DNA of 64,000 bases from Eledone cirrhosa (GCA_964016885.1 OZ024745.1:118296001-118360000), one strand, 5' to 3'; counted from the stretch's first letter, positions 27,876-40,633 are shown. Translations and numbers: made by a program. Notes: generated by a model from the letters alone, not told the origin.

Positions 27876-30800
27876 ATGACCATTCTATTATTTTGTATGT
27901 GCATCAGTAAATGTGAACATCATCATTGTCATCATCCAGCAGCCTCAGCCGAAATGGAATCAACAATTTCTCTCTCAGTGACCAGACCCTCACACTCCTC
28001 AAGCACTTCTCTCTCAGTGGCCAGACCCTCACACTCCTCAAGCACTTCTCTATCAGAGGCCAGACCCTCCAACTCCTCAAGCACTTCTCTCTCAGTGACC
28101 AGACCCTCACACTCCTCAAGCACTTCTCTCTCAGTGGCCAGACCCTCCAACTCCTCAAGCACTTCTCTCTCAGTGGCCAGACCCTCCAACTCCTCAAGCA
28201 CTTCTCTCTCAGTGGCCAGACCCTCCAACTCCTCAAGCACTTCTCTCTCAGTGGCCAGACCCTCCAACTCCTCAAGCACTTCTCTCTCAGTGGCCAGACC
28301 CTCCAACTCCTCAAGCACTTCTCTCTCAGTGGCCAGACCCTCCAACTCCTCAAGCACTTCTCTCTCAGTGGCCAGACCCTCCAACTCCTCAAGCACTTCT
28401 CTCTCAGTGGCCAGACCCTCCAACTCCTCAAGCACTTCTCTCTCAGTGGCCAGACCCTCCAACTCCTCAAGCACTTCTCTATCAGTGGCCAGACCCTCCA
28501 ACTCCTCAAGCACTTCTCTATCAGTGGCCAGACCCTCACACTCCTCAAGCACTTCTCTATCAGTGGCCAGACCCTCCAACTCCTCAAGCACTTCTCTCTC
28601 AGTGGCCAGACCCTCCAACTCCTCAAGCACTTCTCTCTCAGTGGCCAGACCCTCCAACTCCTCAAGCACTTCTCTCTCAGTGGCCAGACCCTCCAACTCC
28701 TCAAGCACTTCTCTCTCAGTGGCCAGACCCTCCAACTCCTCAAGCACTTCTCTCTCAGTGGCCAGACCCTCCAACTCCTCAAGCACTTCTCTATCAGTGG
28801 CCAGACCCTCCAACTCCTCAAGCACTTCTCTATCAGTGGCCAGACCCTCACACTCCTCAAGCACTTCTCTATCAGTGGCCAGACCCTCCAACTCCTCAAG
28901 CACTTCTCTCTCAGTGGCCAGACCCTCCAACTCCTCAAGCACTTCTCTCTCAGTGGCCAGACCCTCCAACTCCTCAAGCACTTCTCTCTCAGTGGCCAGA
29001 CCCTCCAACTCCTCAAGCACTTCTCTCTCAGTGGCCAGACCCTCCAACTCCTCAAGCACTTCTCTCTCAGTGGCCAGACCCTCCAACTCCTCAAGCACTT
29101 CTCTCTCAGTGGCCAGACCCTCCAACTCCTCAAGCACTTCTCTCTCAGTGGCCAGACCCTCCAACTCCTCAAGCACTTCTCTCTCAGTGGCCAGACCCTC
29201 CAACTCCTCAAGCACTTCTCTCTCAGTGGCCAGACCCTCCAACTCCTCAAGCACTTCTCTATCAGTGGCCAGACCCTCCAACTCCTCAAGCACTTCTCTA
29301 TCAGTGGCCAGACCCTCCAACTCCTCAAGCACTTCTCTATCAGTGGCCAGACCCTCACACTCCTCAAGCACTTCTCTCTCAGTGGCCAGACCCTCCAACT
29401 CCTCAAGCACTTCTCTATCAGTGGCCAGACCCTCCAACTCCTCAAGCACTTCTCTATCAGAGGCCAGACCCTCACACTCCTCAAGCACTTCTCTATCAGT
29501 GGCCAGACCCTCCAACTCCTCAAGCACTTCTCTCTCAGTGGCCAGACCCTCACACTCCTCAAGCACTTCTCTATCAGTGGCCAGACCCTCCAACTCCTCA
29601 AGCACTTCTCTATCAGTGGCCAGACCCTCCAACTCCTCAAGCACTTCTCTCTCAGTGGCCAGACCCTCCAACTCCTCAAGCACTTCTCTATCAGTGGCCA
29701 GACCCTCCAACTCCTCAAGCACTTCTCTATCAGAGGCCAGACCCTCACACTCCTCAAGCACTTCTCTATCAGTGGCCAGACCCTCACACTCCTCAAGCAC
29801 TTCTCTCTCAGTGGCCAGACCCTCCAACTCCTCAAGCACTTCTCTATCAGTGACCAGACCCTCCAACTCCTCAAGCACTTCTCTATCAGTGACCAGACCC
29901 TCACACTCCTCAAGCACTTCTCTATCAGTGACCAGACCCTCCAACTCCTCAAGCACTTCTCTATCAGTGACCAGACCCTCCAACTCCTCAAGCACTTCTC
30001 TCTCAGTGGCCAGACCCTCCAACTCCTCAAGCACTTCTCTCTCAGTGGCCAGACCCTCCAACTCCTCAAGCACTTCTCTATCAGTGGCCAGACCCTCCAA
30101 CTCCTCAAGCACTTCTCTATCAGTGGCCAGACCCTCACACTCCTCAAGCACTTCTCTCTCAGTGACCAGACCCTCACACTCCTCAAGCACTTCTCTATCA
30201 GAGGCCAGACCCTCCAACTCCTCAAGCACTTCTCTATCAGAGGCCAGACCCTCACACTCCTCAAGCACTTCTCTATCAGTGGCCAGACCCTCACACTCCT
30301 CAAGCACTTCTCTATCAGTGGCCAGACCCTCACACTCCTCAAGCACTTCTCTATCAGTGGCCAGACCCTCCCACTCCTCAAGCACTTCTCTATCAGTGGC
30401 CAGACCCTCCAACTCCTCAAGCACTTCTCTATCAGTGGCCAGACCCTCACACTCCTCAAGCACTTCTCTCTCAGTGACCAGACCCTCACACTCCTCAAGC
30501 ACTTCTCTATCAGAGGCCAGACCCTCCAACTCCTCAAGCACTTCTCTATCAGAGGCCAGACCCTCACACTCCTCAAGCACTTCTCTATCAGTGGCCAGAC
30601 CCTCACACTCCTCAAGCACTTCTCTATCAGTGGCCAGACCCTCACACTCCTCAAGCACTTCTCTATCAGTGGCCAGACCCTCCAACTCCTCAAGCACTTC
30701 TCTCTCAGTGGCCAGACCCTCCAACTCCTCAAGCACTTCTCTATCAGTGACCAGACCCTCACACTCCTCAAGCACTTCTCTATCAGTGGCCAGACCCTCC

Positions 30801-32132
30801 AACTCCTCAAGCACTTCTCTCTCAGTGGCCAGACCCTCACACTCCTCAAGCACTTCTCTATCAGTGGCCAGACCCTCCAACTCCTCAAGCACTTCTCTCT
30901 CAGTGGCCAGACCCTCACACTCCTCAAGCACTTCTCTCTCAGTGACCAGACCCTCACACTCCTCAAGCACTTCTCTATCAGTGGCCAGACCCTCCAACTC
31001 CTCAAGCACTTCTCTCTCAGTGGCCAGACCCTCACACTCCTCAAGCACTTCTCTATCAGAGGCCAGACCCTCACACTCCTCAAGCACTTCTCTATCAGTG
31101 GCCAGACCCTCCAACTCCTCAAGCACTTCTCTCTCAGTGGCCAGACCCTCCAACTCCTCAAGCACTTCTCTCTCAGTGACCAGACCCTCACACTCCTCAA
31201 GCACTTCTCTCTCAGTGACCAGACCCTCACACTCCTCAAGCACTTCTCTATCAGTGGCCAGACCCTCCAACTCCTCAAGCACTTCTCTCTCAGTGGCCAG
31301 ACCCTCACACTCCTCAAGCACTTCTCTATCAGAGGCCAGACCCTCCAACTCCTCAAGCACTTCTCTCTCAGTGGCCAGACCCTCCAACTCCTCAAGCACT
31401 TCTCTCTCAGTGGCCAGACCCTCCAACTCCTCAAGCACTTCTCTATCAGTGGCCAGACCCTCCAACTCCTCAAGCACTTCTCTATCAGAGGCCAGACCCT
31501 CACACTCCTCAAGCACTTCTCTATCAGTGGCCAGACCCTCCAACTCCTCAAGCACTTCTCTCTCAGTGGCCAGACCCTCCAACTCCTCAAGCACTTCTCT
31601 CTCAGTGGCCAGACCCTCACACTCCTCAAGCACTTCTCTATCAGTGGCCAGACCCTCCAACTCCTCAAGCACTTCTCTATCAGTGACCAGACCCTCACAC
31701 TCCTCAAGCACTTCTCTATCAGTGGCCAGACCCTCCAACTCCTCAAGCACTTCTCTCTCAGTGGCCAGACCCTCACACTCCTCAAGCACTTCTCTATCAG
31801 AGGCCAGACCCTCCAACTCCTCAAGCACTTCTCTCTCAGTGGCCAGACCCTCCAACTCCTCAAGCACTTCTCTCTCAGTGGCCAGACCCTCACACTCCTC
31901 AAGCACTTCTCTATCAGTGACCAGACCCTCACACTCCTCAAGCACTTCTCTATCAGTGACCAGACCCTCACACTTCTCTATCAGTGGCCAGACCCTCCAA
32001 CTCCTCAAGCACTTCTCTATCAGTGGCCAGACCCTCACACTCCTCAAGCACTTCTCTATCAGTGACCAGACCCTCACACTCCTCAAGTACTTCTCTATCA
32101 GTGACCAGACCCTCACACTTCTCTATCAGTGA
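27876..32132 (+). CDS. hypothetical Ser-rich mucin-like tandem-repeat ORF (SLSVARPSNSSST)n
   Basis: Stop-free frame with a short hydrophobic N-terminus (MTILLFCMCISKC) and one N-x-S sequon in most units. The openness may simply reflect the 39-bp unit. Confidence 0.2.
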   Translation: MTILLFCMCISKCEHHHCHHPAASAEMESTISLSVTRPSHSSSTSLSVARPSHSSSTSLSEARPSNSSSTSLSVTRPSHSSSTSLSVARPSNSSSTSLSVARPSNSSSTSLSVARPSNSSSTSLSVARPSNSSSTSLSVARPSNSSSTSLSVARPSNSSSTSLSVARPSNSSSTSLSVARPSNSSSTSLSVARPSNSSSTSLSVARPSNSSSTSLSVARPSHSSSTSLSVARPSNSSSTSLSVARPSNSSSTSLSVARPSNSSSTSLSVARPSNSSSTSLSVARPSNSSSTSLSVARPSNSSSTSLSVARPSNSSSTSLSVARPSHSSSTSLSVARPSNSSSTSLSVARPSNSSSTSLSVARPSNSSSTSLSVARPSNSSSTSLSVARPSNSSSTSLSVARPSNSSSTSLSVARPSNSSSTSLSVARPSNSSSTSLSVARPSNSSSTSLSVARPSNSSSTSLSVARPSNSSSTSLSVARPSNSSSTSLSVARPSHSSSTSLSVARPSNSSSTSLSVARPSNSSSTSLSEARPSHSSSTSLSVARPSNSSSTSLSVARPSHSSSTSLSVARPSNSSSTSLSVARPSNSSSTSLSVARPSNSSSTSLSVARPSNSSSTSLSEARPSHSSSTSLSVARPSHSSSTSLSVARPSNSSSTSLSVTRPSNSSSTSLSVTRPSHSSSTSLSVTRPSNSSSTSLSVTRPSNSSSTSLSVARPSNSSSTSLSVARPSNSSSTSLSVARPSNSSSTSLSVARPSHSSSTSLSVTRPSHSSSTSLSEARPSNSSSTSLSEARPSHSSSTSLSVARPSHSSSTSLSVARPSHSSSTSLSVARPSHSSSTSLSVARPSNSSSTSLSVARPSHSSSTSLSVTRPSHSSSTSLSEARPSNSSSTSLSEARPSHSSSTSLSVARPSHSSSTSLSVARPSHSSSTSLSVARPSNSSSTSLSVARPSNSSSTSLSVTRPSHSSSTSLSVARPSNSSSTSLSVARPSHSSSTSLSVARPSNSSSTSLSVARPSHSSSTSLSVTRPSHSSSTSLSVARPSNSSSTSLSVARPSHSSSTSLSEARPSHSSSTSLSVARPSNSSSTSLSVARPSNSSSTSLSVTRPSHSSSTSLSVTRPSHSSSTSLSVARPSNSSSTSLSVARPSHSSSTSLSEARPSNSSSTSLSVARPSNSSSTSLSVARPSNSSSTSLSVARPSNSSSTSLSEARPSHSSSTSLSVARPSNSSSTSLSVARPSNSSSTSLSVARPSHSSSTSLSVARPSNSSSTSLSVTRPSHSSSTSLSVARPSNSSSTSLSVARPSHSSSTSLSEARPSNSSSTSLSVARPSNSSSTSLSVARPSHSSSTSLSVTRPSHSSSTSLSVTRPSHFSISGQTLQLLKHFSISGQTLTLLKHFSISDQTLTLLKYFSISDQTLTLLYQ

Positions 32133-32308
32133 CCAGACCCTCACACTCATCAAGTACTTCTCTATCAGTGACCAGACCCTCACACTCCTCAAGTACTTCT
32201 CTATCAGTGACCAGACCCTCACACTTCTCTATCAGAGGCCAGACCCTCACATTTCTCTCTCAGTGACCAGACCCTCACACTTCTCTATCAGTGACCAGAC
32301 CCTCCAAC
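27967..32308. repeat. 39-bp minisatellite, ~110 copies
   Basis: Unit cacttctct[c/a]tcag[t/a]g[g/a]ccagaccctc[ca/ac]actcctcaag. Shortened 28-bp units appear at the 3' end. Confidence 0.98.
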
Positions 32309-32332
32309 GTTCTAGCCAATCAGTATAGAGAA

Positions 32333-32680
32333 GCAGGCTGAATGGTTAAGAAGTTCATTTTGCAATCATTAGATCCTGAGTTTGATCCCATTGCATGATA
32401 TCTTAGGTAAGTGTCATTTACAATAGCCTTGATTCAAGCCTTGCCTTGTCTTGTCTGTGAAACTGGGTAGATGGAGACTGTGTGGGAGCCCATTGGATGG
32501 ACTATACATGTAAATCAAGAGGCAGTCTTCATGCTCTCTGTGTCGCAATGAACCTAACAGAAAATGATGTTAAGAGTACATATCAATAGAATGATTGGTG
32601 ACTTACAGGTTAAATTTACAAGCAGATAGTTTTGATGGTTGGACAACTGAAACACTTATTGTATAAACTAACGGAGGGCC
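32333..32680 (+). mobile_element. tRNA-derived SINE (CORE-like), old
   Basis: ggctgaatggttaagaag..gagtttgatccca..cttaggtaagtgtc..tagccttg. Confidence 0.6.
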
Positions 32681-33074
32681 ATATTCCATTCCATACCCAA
32701 TAATGCTCTCATATAAGTTTGGTGAATACAGTCAAATAGCTTCATATGTATTTATTAAATTTCATTATCCCAAAGAAACAAAATATGAAAGTGTACCACA
32801 TAGATAAATGAACTTATCAAATACAAATATTGAAGATTCATAGCAAGGATTCTCAGGGAGCAGAGGGAATATCTTTTGTTTTATAGATATACAATATACA
32901 CACACATATAATTGTTTCGTGTATGTATATTTATATATTTAATAAAGGTTTAATCCTGATAAACAGTGGGCCCTGACTCTTTCTAGTATGGCCACACTAT
33001 CCCAAGTATCGAGTACTCTAATGAATAAAGATCTTACTAGTTCAAAACTGATTTAATCCTGATTATATATATAG

Positions 33075-33141
<67 letters not shown>

Positions 33142-33250
33142 TTCGTTTTTTAATTTGTTTTGCAAGATTTCTTATCTGAAAACGTGTGTGACATCACACA
33201 AAAACAAGATGGTGTAGAACAGAAGAAAGGAGAGACACAAAATAAGAAAT

Positions 33251-33297
33251 AAATCACTGAGGAGGTCACAGAATGTGTGACGAAAGAGCTTTGACAA
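33251..33297 (+). ncRNA. degenerate hammerhead-like motif
   Basis: tca-CTGAGGA-g-gtcaca..tgtgac-GAAA-gagctt-tga, with a short stem I and a bulged stem II. Confidence 0.3.
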
Positions 33298-33420
33298 CAT
33301 ATAAACAACCATCAGGTTACTCAATCAACCAACTGGAAATTTATAATAAATTGAAGTGAAACCACAGGTAGATGTGTTTTTATTAGCAGCATGACCTACC
33401 CAAATATAAGAATATATATA

Positions 33421-33421
33421 T

Positions 33422-33469
<48 letters not shown>
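33421..33469. repeat. (ATG)n microsatellite
   Basis: Directly visible. Confidence 0.95.
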
Positions 33470-34502
33470 TACTCACACACACACAGATGCACCCTACACT
33501 GTACTGCCATGTCATTCACAATGCATAAAGCATCTCCTCTCACCTTCCTTTGACAAATGACAAGTAGTTCTCATCCCTCCCCTGCCAGTCACGTCAATGA
33601 CAGAACCACCCTGGTGTTGAAAAGTGGTAGTGCTGCTACCACAATAAAATACATTCAGCCTACACTGTAAAGTGGTAGTGCTAGCGCCAAAGTAAAAAAA
33701 GCAATGAAGTCAGATGATAGTGGCATTAGGAAGGGCATATAGCCTTAGGAACTATGCTAGAATGGAACCTATGAGTGAGACACACCCATCTGGCCTGTCA
33801 AGCTGTAGAGTATGATAACCTGTTTTAACCATGCAAACATGGAAAATAGACATAAAATGAGGTTGACGATAATGATAATGTACCTATGATCATATATATA
33901 TATATATATGAAAAATTTGTGACCCTGAGAGCTGAGCTCCTTCTGTTTCAACAGCTAGATCTGAACTGCTCAGGAAGCTGAAACTCACAAAGACAATGAA
34001 GGAACATAACTGGTAGAGGGAAGTGAAAACAAAAGTGGATGAAAAAATGATGATGGTGATGATTGATCACAATTCCAATTAATTTCTAATTAGTTGTAGA
34101 GTGAATGCTTTGATTAGTTAAATTAAATATCTTAATTAATATGCTTAAGTTGAAGTCCATGTTCAGTTGCCAACTCTATTTCTCTGATGCCTCTTAATTT
34201 TTCTTACAGTATCTTCCCTACTCGAATATCTGAGAGATATCTTCAATATCTCAGTAAGACAGACATTTTTTCAACAGTATACCAATGTATTTACTTCATT
34301 CCCATTGTTTGTTTAAATCCATCATCATCATCATCACCGTTTTACGTCCATTCTTCCATACTAGCATGGGTTAGACGGGTTGTCCTGTTGTGGGCAGTGC
34401 CCAGTCGGCTGACCTTGTCTTGTTCATACGGGCACTGATTTTTGAAATGTTCATAGTATAATAAACCTTTAAGGAATTACACCAGTCCAGCCTCCTGTTA
34501 TT

Positions 34503-34563
<61 letters not shown>

Positions 34564-34762
34564 AAAGTAAATAACAACAACAAGGAGTACGGCTACGAAA
34601 GCTGTTAGGTATTAGGTTCACACTTGGGGTGGGGGAAGACATTTCGGGCATATATATATAGCGTGGAATATGGACATTAAACGATGATGATATATATATA
34701 TATATATATATATATTAAATAGCTCCGTTTTATACATAGAGCACTTTGCTTTTCCTTCGGAG

Positions 34763-34835
<73 letters not shown>

Positions 34836-36358
34836 CCATCACTGTCATCGTTTTCTTTGTCTATATATAGGTAGGTGTATGTGTGTGTATGTGTGTGTTT
34901 GATTGTGTGTGGGTGTGTGTGTGTGATTGTGTGTGTGTGTGTGTTTTTGTTTGTGTGTTGAACAATGTAAATAAAACAAGACGGAGATCAGTTGCAAAGT
35001 AGTTGAATGTTTTATGATCGTTTGAGAGGGTTGATTGATATATCGACTAGCATGCAGTTACTATGTTACTACTTGTTTCTAGTCTCAAAATACCCCATTC
35101 ATCGCAAAATCTTCCTCATAATTGTGTGTCGGCGAATAAACCAGCAGCCCCACCAAGTTTACTTGACGAGGAGGGTGATTTTGGACACCCTGCAGGACAA
35201 AATACAAAACTTGACAAAGGGCGGAAGAACTCATTAGAGTCAATGGCCATCTAAAATAAAAAATCCTGCCAAATCAATGTGTGGCAGTAGTTCCAGCTGC
35301 ACACATCGAAAGACTGTAATAGTTCTGAGAATAATGCGGCTTTGCAGATGATCAATGCAAATTGACAATGGAAAGGTGCTCCCGCTCGAGTTAGAAGAGA
35401 ACTATTGACCCTCAGGAGAAGCAGCGACCCCTGATTGTATTCAGCAACTGAAACAAATATGAAGTACACCAAATCCAATGCTCCTAGGGGCGGCCCTGGT
35501 TCTTCTTATTTGCGAGTGGAAGCTCGGCCAGATTAGAGTAGATTAGATATGTGTGTGTATGCAATCACTGGGTGGCACAATTGGTCAAGTTAAACCTTGT
35601 GAACATAATCACTTAAATGTAAACAAGTGTGAAAATCTGTTAGGTGGTCAGTAACTGTCCATGGGTGCTATGGTATATATAATTCATCTCTTGAATTAAG
35701 TCTCCAACCTAGCTCTTTGGTGTATATGTTTATAACAAACCCCACACTGGTCTGTTTTTCCTTTTCTACCACAAATCTGACTATGCTGTTGTCCCCCATT
35801 TTATGCCTAAATCATAAAAAATTAAGCGAACACAATTTTTATTCTAACATTAGGATGTGATGAAAGTAAATTTTTTATGGCATGTATAAGAGATTTGTGT
35901 GTTTCTAATAAACGAATATGAAAGTAAGGTGTAGTACAGGTGATAAGTGGCTTTTATATATTATAATACATGCACAAACACACACATGTACTCTATTGAA
36001 ATTGTTTTATATTTTATATTATGTATACTAGTAGAAATGGAGAGTCTATTAATATTTATTCAAATTCAGATAATGTGTATTGAGGAATTAAAGTAAATAC
36101 ATGTGTGTGTGTCGGGTAGTCGTGGTGGTCGTATAAATAATAATAATGATAGTAATAATAATAACAATAATAATAATAACAATAATGAGATTAAACTAAA
36201 TAATGTGCATGTATACATCTGTTAATTTGACAGGTATTTTACATAAAACTGAGATAAATGGTTATGTTTAGGACACTGTGTTATGATAATACTGAAAGTT
36301 TGTACATGAATAAGGTTTAATGCAGTGTCTTAAGAGCTTTGGGGAATTGATATATATA

Positions 36359-36551
<193 letters not shown>

Positions 36552-37508
36552 TTAACAATGAATGTGTCTACATAAATGAAATGAGATAGTTTGCTAAAAT
36601 AGGTAAAAAAAAAATTAAAATATTGTACTACATAATTAGTGTTTAAGTTACAACTAATACTATGAAATTGTCTAAACGAAAGTATAAAGTATTTGCATAA
36701 AGATGTATTATTTTAGCTTTATTGTAGATTATACTAAACAAGTGTATATATTAGTTTAAAAGGTTTATAATACATATTTATATCATTCTGTATATGTGCA
36801 TGTGTGTGAGCATATAATTAAATCTCCTTATATAAATATTAGGCACTTTATCATCATCATCATCCCTGTTTTATGCCCATTTTCCACACTAGCATGGGTT
36901 AGATGGGTTGTCCTGTTGTGGGTAATGCTAAGTCAGGTGACCATGTCTTGCTCATACAGAACTGATTTTGGTTTGGTTTCTACAGCTGGATACCCTTCCT
37001 AACACCAACCTCATTTACAGTGAGTACTGGGTGCTTTTTGTCATGACACCTACACGACTACTTTTTATAATATGCATAAAGTTTATACACAAACACATGT
37101 GTTCTTCTGTATGTGCATGTGTATGTATATGTATGTGAGTATATATTCAAAGCTTTTCTGAGTGTCCTTTTTTACTTCTCTCCCACTCTTGTTCTTTTCT
37201 TGATGAAGGAATAGCATCTGATACATTGACAACACTTTCTTTTCCATTTCACACAAGCCTTAACCTAATAACACATTTCGTAATTGTTCTCCATATCTGT
37301 TATTATTGTTCACTCTGGAATATGAGTTTCAGCAGCATCTAGTCTTCATTCTTACTTATTAGGTTTACATTGGCCTAGATTTTGCTTCCACGTCTGAAAT
37401 TCCCATGGGAAGCTGGTTTTAAAGCCCTCTATTATGTTTAAAAGATTATAAAAAAAAGAAGAAAAAAGAGACGGCTGAGTATAGAACCCTGAAACACCCC
37501 GAAATGTT

Positions 37509-37593
37509 ATTGGGTGGTCAAGTATGAAATTTGTAGAAATCTGGGTTTTTTTTTCTACAAATTTCTACAAATTTCATATTTGACGACCAAATA
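37509..37593. mobile_element. mariner-like mini-MITE
   Basis: TA|ttgggtggtcaagtatgaaatttgtagaaa...tttctacaaatttcatatttgacgaccaaa|TA. Same termini as 44975-45077. Confidence 0.6.
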
Positions 37594-37906
37594 GTTTATT
37601 TTGCTGTGACACTTTTCGCTAATTTCTTAAACTTTCTAAAATGAAATCAGCTTTGATGTTTTTATCCATTTTATAATAAACCTTTTCTTGTGTCTTCATT
37701 TAACCATTAGCATGCTAGAAATTTTTATGAATTGCTTCCCTTGACACTGTATTATGTAATAAGGGGAGATTACTCTATTGGCAACATAATGCGCCTGGGG
37801 TGTCCAGAAGATTAAGTTAAAAATAAACACACACTCAAAGTAAAAAACACTATATGTAAACAAATATGCCTTGTAAACATATATATAAACACAGACTGAA
37901 ACTCAT

Positions 37907-37937
<31 letters not shown>

Positions 37938-39217
37938 CACATATATGATCAATATCTTGAGACAGGTGGATGAAAAGAATATTGATGAATCCTAAAACTA
38001 AAAACAGCACAAAAAAAAGAACAAATAAAAACAGGCTTCTTAGGAAGCCTGCTGCCCATTTAACAATGTTTTAAGAAAAATACTAGAGAAACGAGACATT
38101 TATAAAAAGTTTACAAATCTTATACTCAAAATACACTTTTACTTTTAAACCCAGTATTATTAGAGTAACAATTCAGTTGGATCAAATTATAGGTGAACTT
38201 GGATTCTTGGAGAAATAATAAAGTTCCTTAATATTCTTTTCCCTTTGATATCTATGATATCTGGGATAATAAAAACGAGAAAGGCATTCATAATATTCAA
38301 AGGACCAACAGTTACACAAAGTCTGACAATTAGAATAAGATCCTTTACTTTAAAATTTTGTGGCTGATCAAAATAAACTCTAAAACTCCAATAAGTATAC
38401 GACATAGAAATACAATTATATTTATATATTTTATACACATGTATACACATGTATACACAAGTAAAAATAGAAGAAAAATGAATATTTAACCAATGTTTCA
38501 TCAGTCTACAATGAAGATGATACTCCTTCACAAATCAATAAAAAAGTGCATATTGTGTGCATGCCTGGTTCCATAAATCCTGAATCATTAAAGTGCCATA
38601 TAGGGTATTTTAAAATCTGGTAGTGTCCATATCTTCCCCAGGTCTAAATACTGAATACAGCAAAATTCTTCCAGAGAAATATATAGTGTGAGAGAATGGA
38701 AGTGAGAAAAAGAAACAGAGGAAAAAATAATTAATTTAAAGGTAAAAACATAGATATATGAAAGAAACTCTGAAGTACTTACATATTTTCGATATGGCAA
38801 GAGAAGTATTCCAAATGATTGTATAAGTAACTCTGAAATAGAAATGAAAAGAAAATCAAAATATCTAAATAAATGGCTAAACACACACATCAACAAACAT
38901 GTAATGTATTCACATAATAACTACAGCCATCAATCACAACTGAGCATGACTTGGTAGTATGCATTACATCTTTACCAAAAAAATGTTAAGTGCCCATGCA
39001 GTCACATGTAAACACAGACAGCCCCCCCCCCCATCCAGTGTAACACCCAAGATGTGACAGCTGAAAGGAGAGAGAGGGCTGCCCTGGCACTGGGCTGGTA
39101 TTTTATTGACCCCGGAAGGATGAAAGGTAAAGTGGACATTAACAGGTTTTGAACTCCCAATGGAACAAATATCAAATGCTCTCCAAACTCTACTCACAAG
39201 TACATATGTAATAATAT

Positions 39218-39430
39218 TTAACCCTTTAGCATTTGAACCGGTAAGAATTCACCCACTTCTTTCTGTCCAAACTGGCAGTAACCAGCCAGTCATACTGATG
39301 TTAAGGTATTGTTCTCAAAATAAATATCAAAATCTTATAGATCGATATTTTGTGAGATAATTATGTGAAATAAAGCTTTTACCAGAAAATACAATAGTAA
39401 ATATAGAAGAATGTAAATGCTAAAGGGTTA
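39218..39430. mobile_element. piggyBac-type MITE
   Basis: ttaa|ccctttagcatt...aatgctaaaggg|ttac. An inverted-orientation copy lies at 48037-48265. Confidence 0.7.
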
Positions 39431-39896
39431 CATTCTAAAATCTCTCCTATTATTATATCTCTCAGTCACATTTCATTACTGTTTCTATCCAGCCCAATGC
39501 TTTATAGAACGATATCTCAACTTATCTACCCCCCAACACAATGGAGACCCCTTTATACAACACCACATCAGACTGCTACAATGTCAGCCATATATTGTAA
39601 GTCCCTACATCTGTAGAACATGGACAAAGACATTCTATCTCTCTCCTTAATATTTCTCACATTTATCCTCATCCACCACTCTATCTTTCTCTTCATTCTT
39701 TTCCCTTAACATGCTGCTCATGCTACACTTAAATTCAATTCCTTCTCTAACATTTAATGGCCATCACTGTTTCTCCCCACCCTCCCTCTAACAACCTCTC
39801 ATTCCAATCACTCTCTTTTTATTATCTCTTCTTTCACCCTCTTACTCTGATTCTTCTTCTGTCATTACTCTTTTCTTCTAATCATAGATATGTATG

Positions 39897-39964
<68 letters not shown>

Positions 39965-39967
<3 letters not shown>

Positions 39968-40633
39968 TAAAATAACAGATTAAAGTTTAAGCAAAGAATC
40001 GCTGTTTTCACCCTTAACGGGATCTTCTGAAACTAACAAAGTCAATCTGTGAACGCAGAAGTGAATATTTAAAAAAACGTTGCAACCGGAGGAAGACAGG
40101 AAGACGATACTTTGGTTCGTGGAAACGTTCGCTGGCAAAGAACGGGAAAAAACGAGTATAATACATCATTATTTAGAGCAGTGAAAAACAATTACACGCT
40201 AAGACAAAACCACGTTTATGGTATAAAAGAAGTCGTAGACTAATATTCTATTAGGTGGTTCATAGAGACGTTCTCTGGCAATGAACGAAAAAAATGAAGA
40301 TAATACGTCATATGTGGAACGGGGAGAACAAATGCACGCAAAGACAAAACCATGTAAATGGTATAACTGAAGTCGTAGACTAAATTCTAACTAGGAAACC
40401 GAAAGATTCTCAGCTTCAGAGTTAAGAATAAAGTAAATAAAATACAGAGGTAAATGAAATTAAATAAATACATACACGCATCCATATACGTACATACACA
40501 AGCATACGCGAAAACACTCGCCATGAAAAAAAAACAAAAAAAAACGCGCGCACATACAGAACCCACGCAACGCCTGTACCTGCACACATACGAATGTATA
40601 CACCAAATACACATAAAAATATATATCAAATAT
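39965..40633 (-). mobile_element. probable Penelope 3' pLTR segment containing a ~142-bp tandem duplication
   Basis: Diverged direct repeats at ~40115-40256 and ~40257-40395. It ends in a hammerhead-like motif and (TA)n, and its composition continues that of 43955-44350. Confidence 0.45.

Noticed and set aside
27904-32116. Four overlapping 1,350-1,430-aa ORFs as four genes
   Set aside because: Any stop-free 39-bp unit gives long ORFs in several frames. At most one could be real.
27967-32308. CRISPR-like array
   Set aside because: Units are contiguous with no unique spacers, there are no cas genes, and the context is eukaryotic.
37190-37320. Hammerhead-like ttgatgaagga..tctgatac motif
   Set aside because: The core GAAA is mutated and the stems are not recoverable. 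It is probably a decayed pLTR tail.
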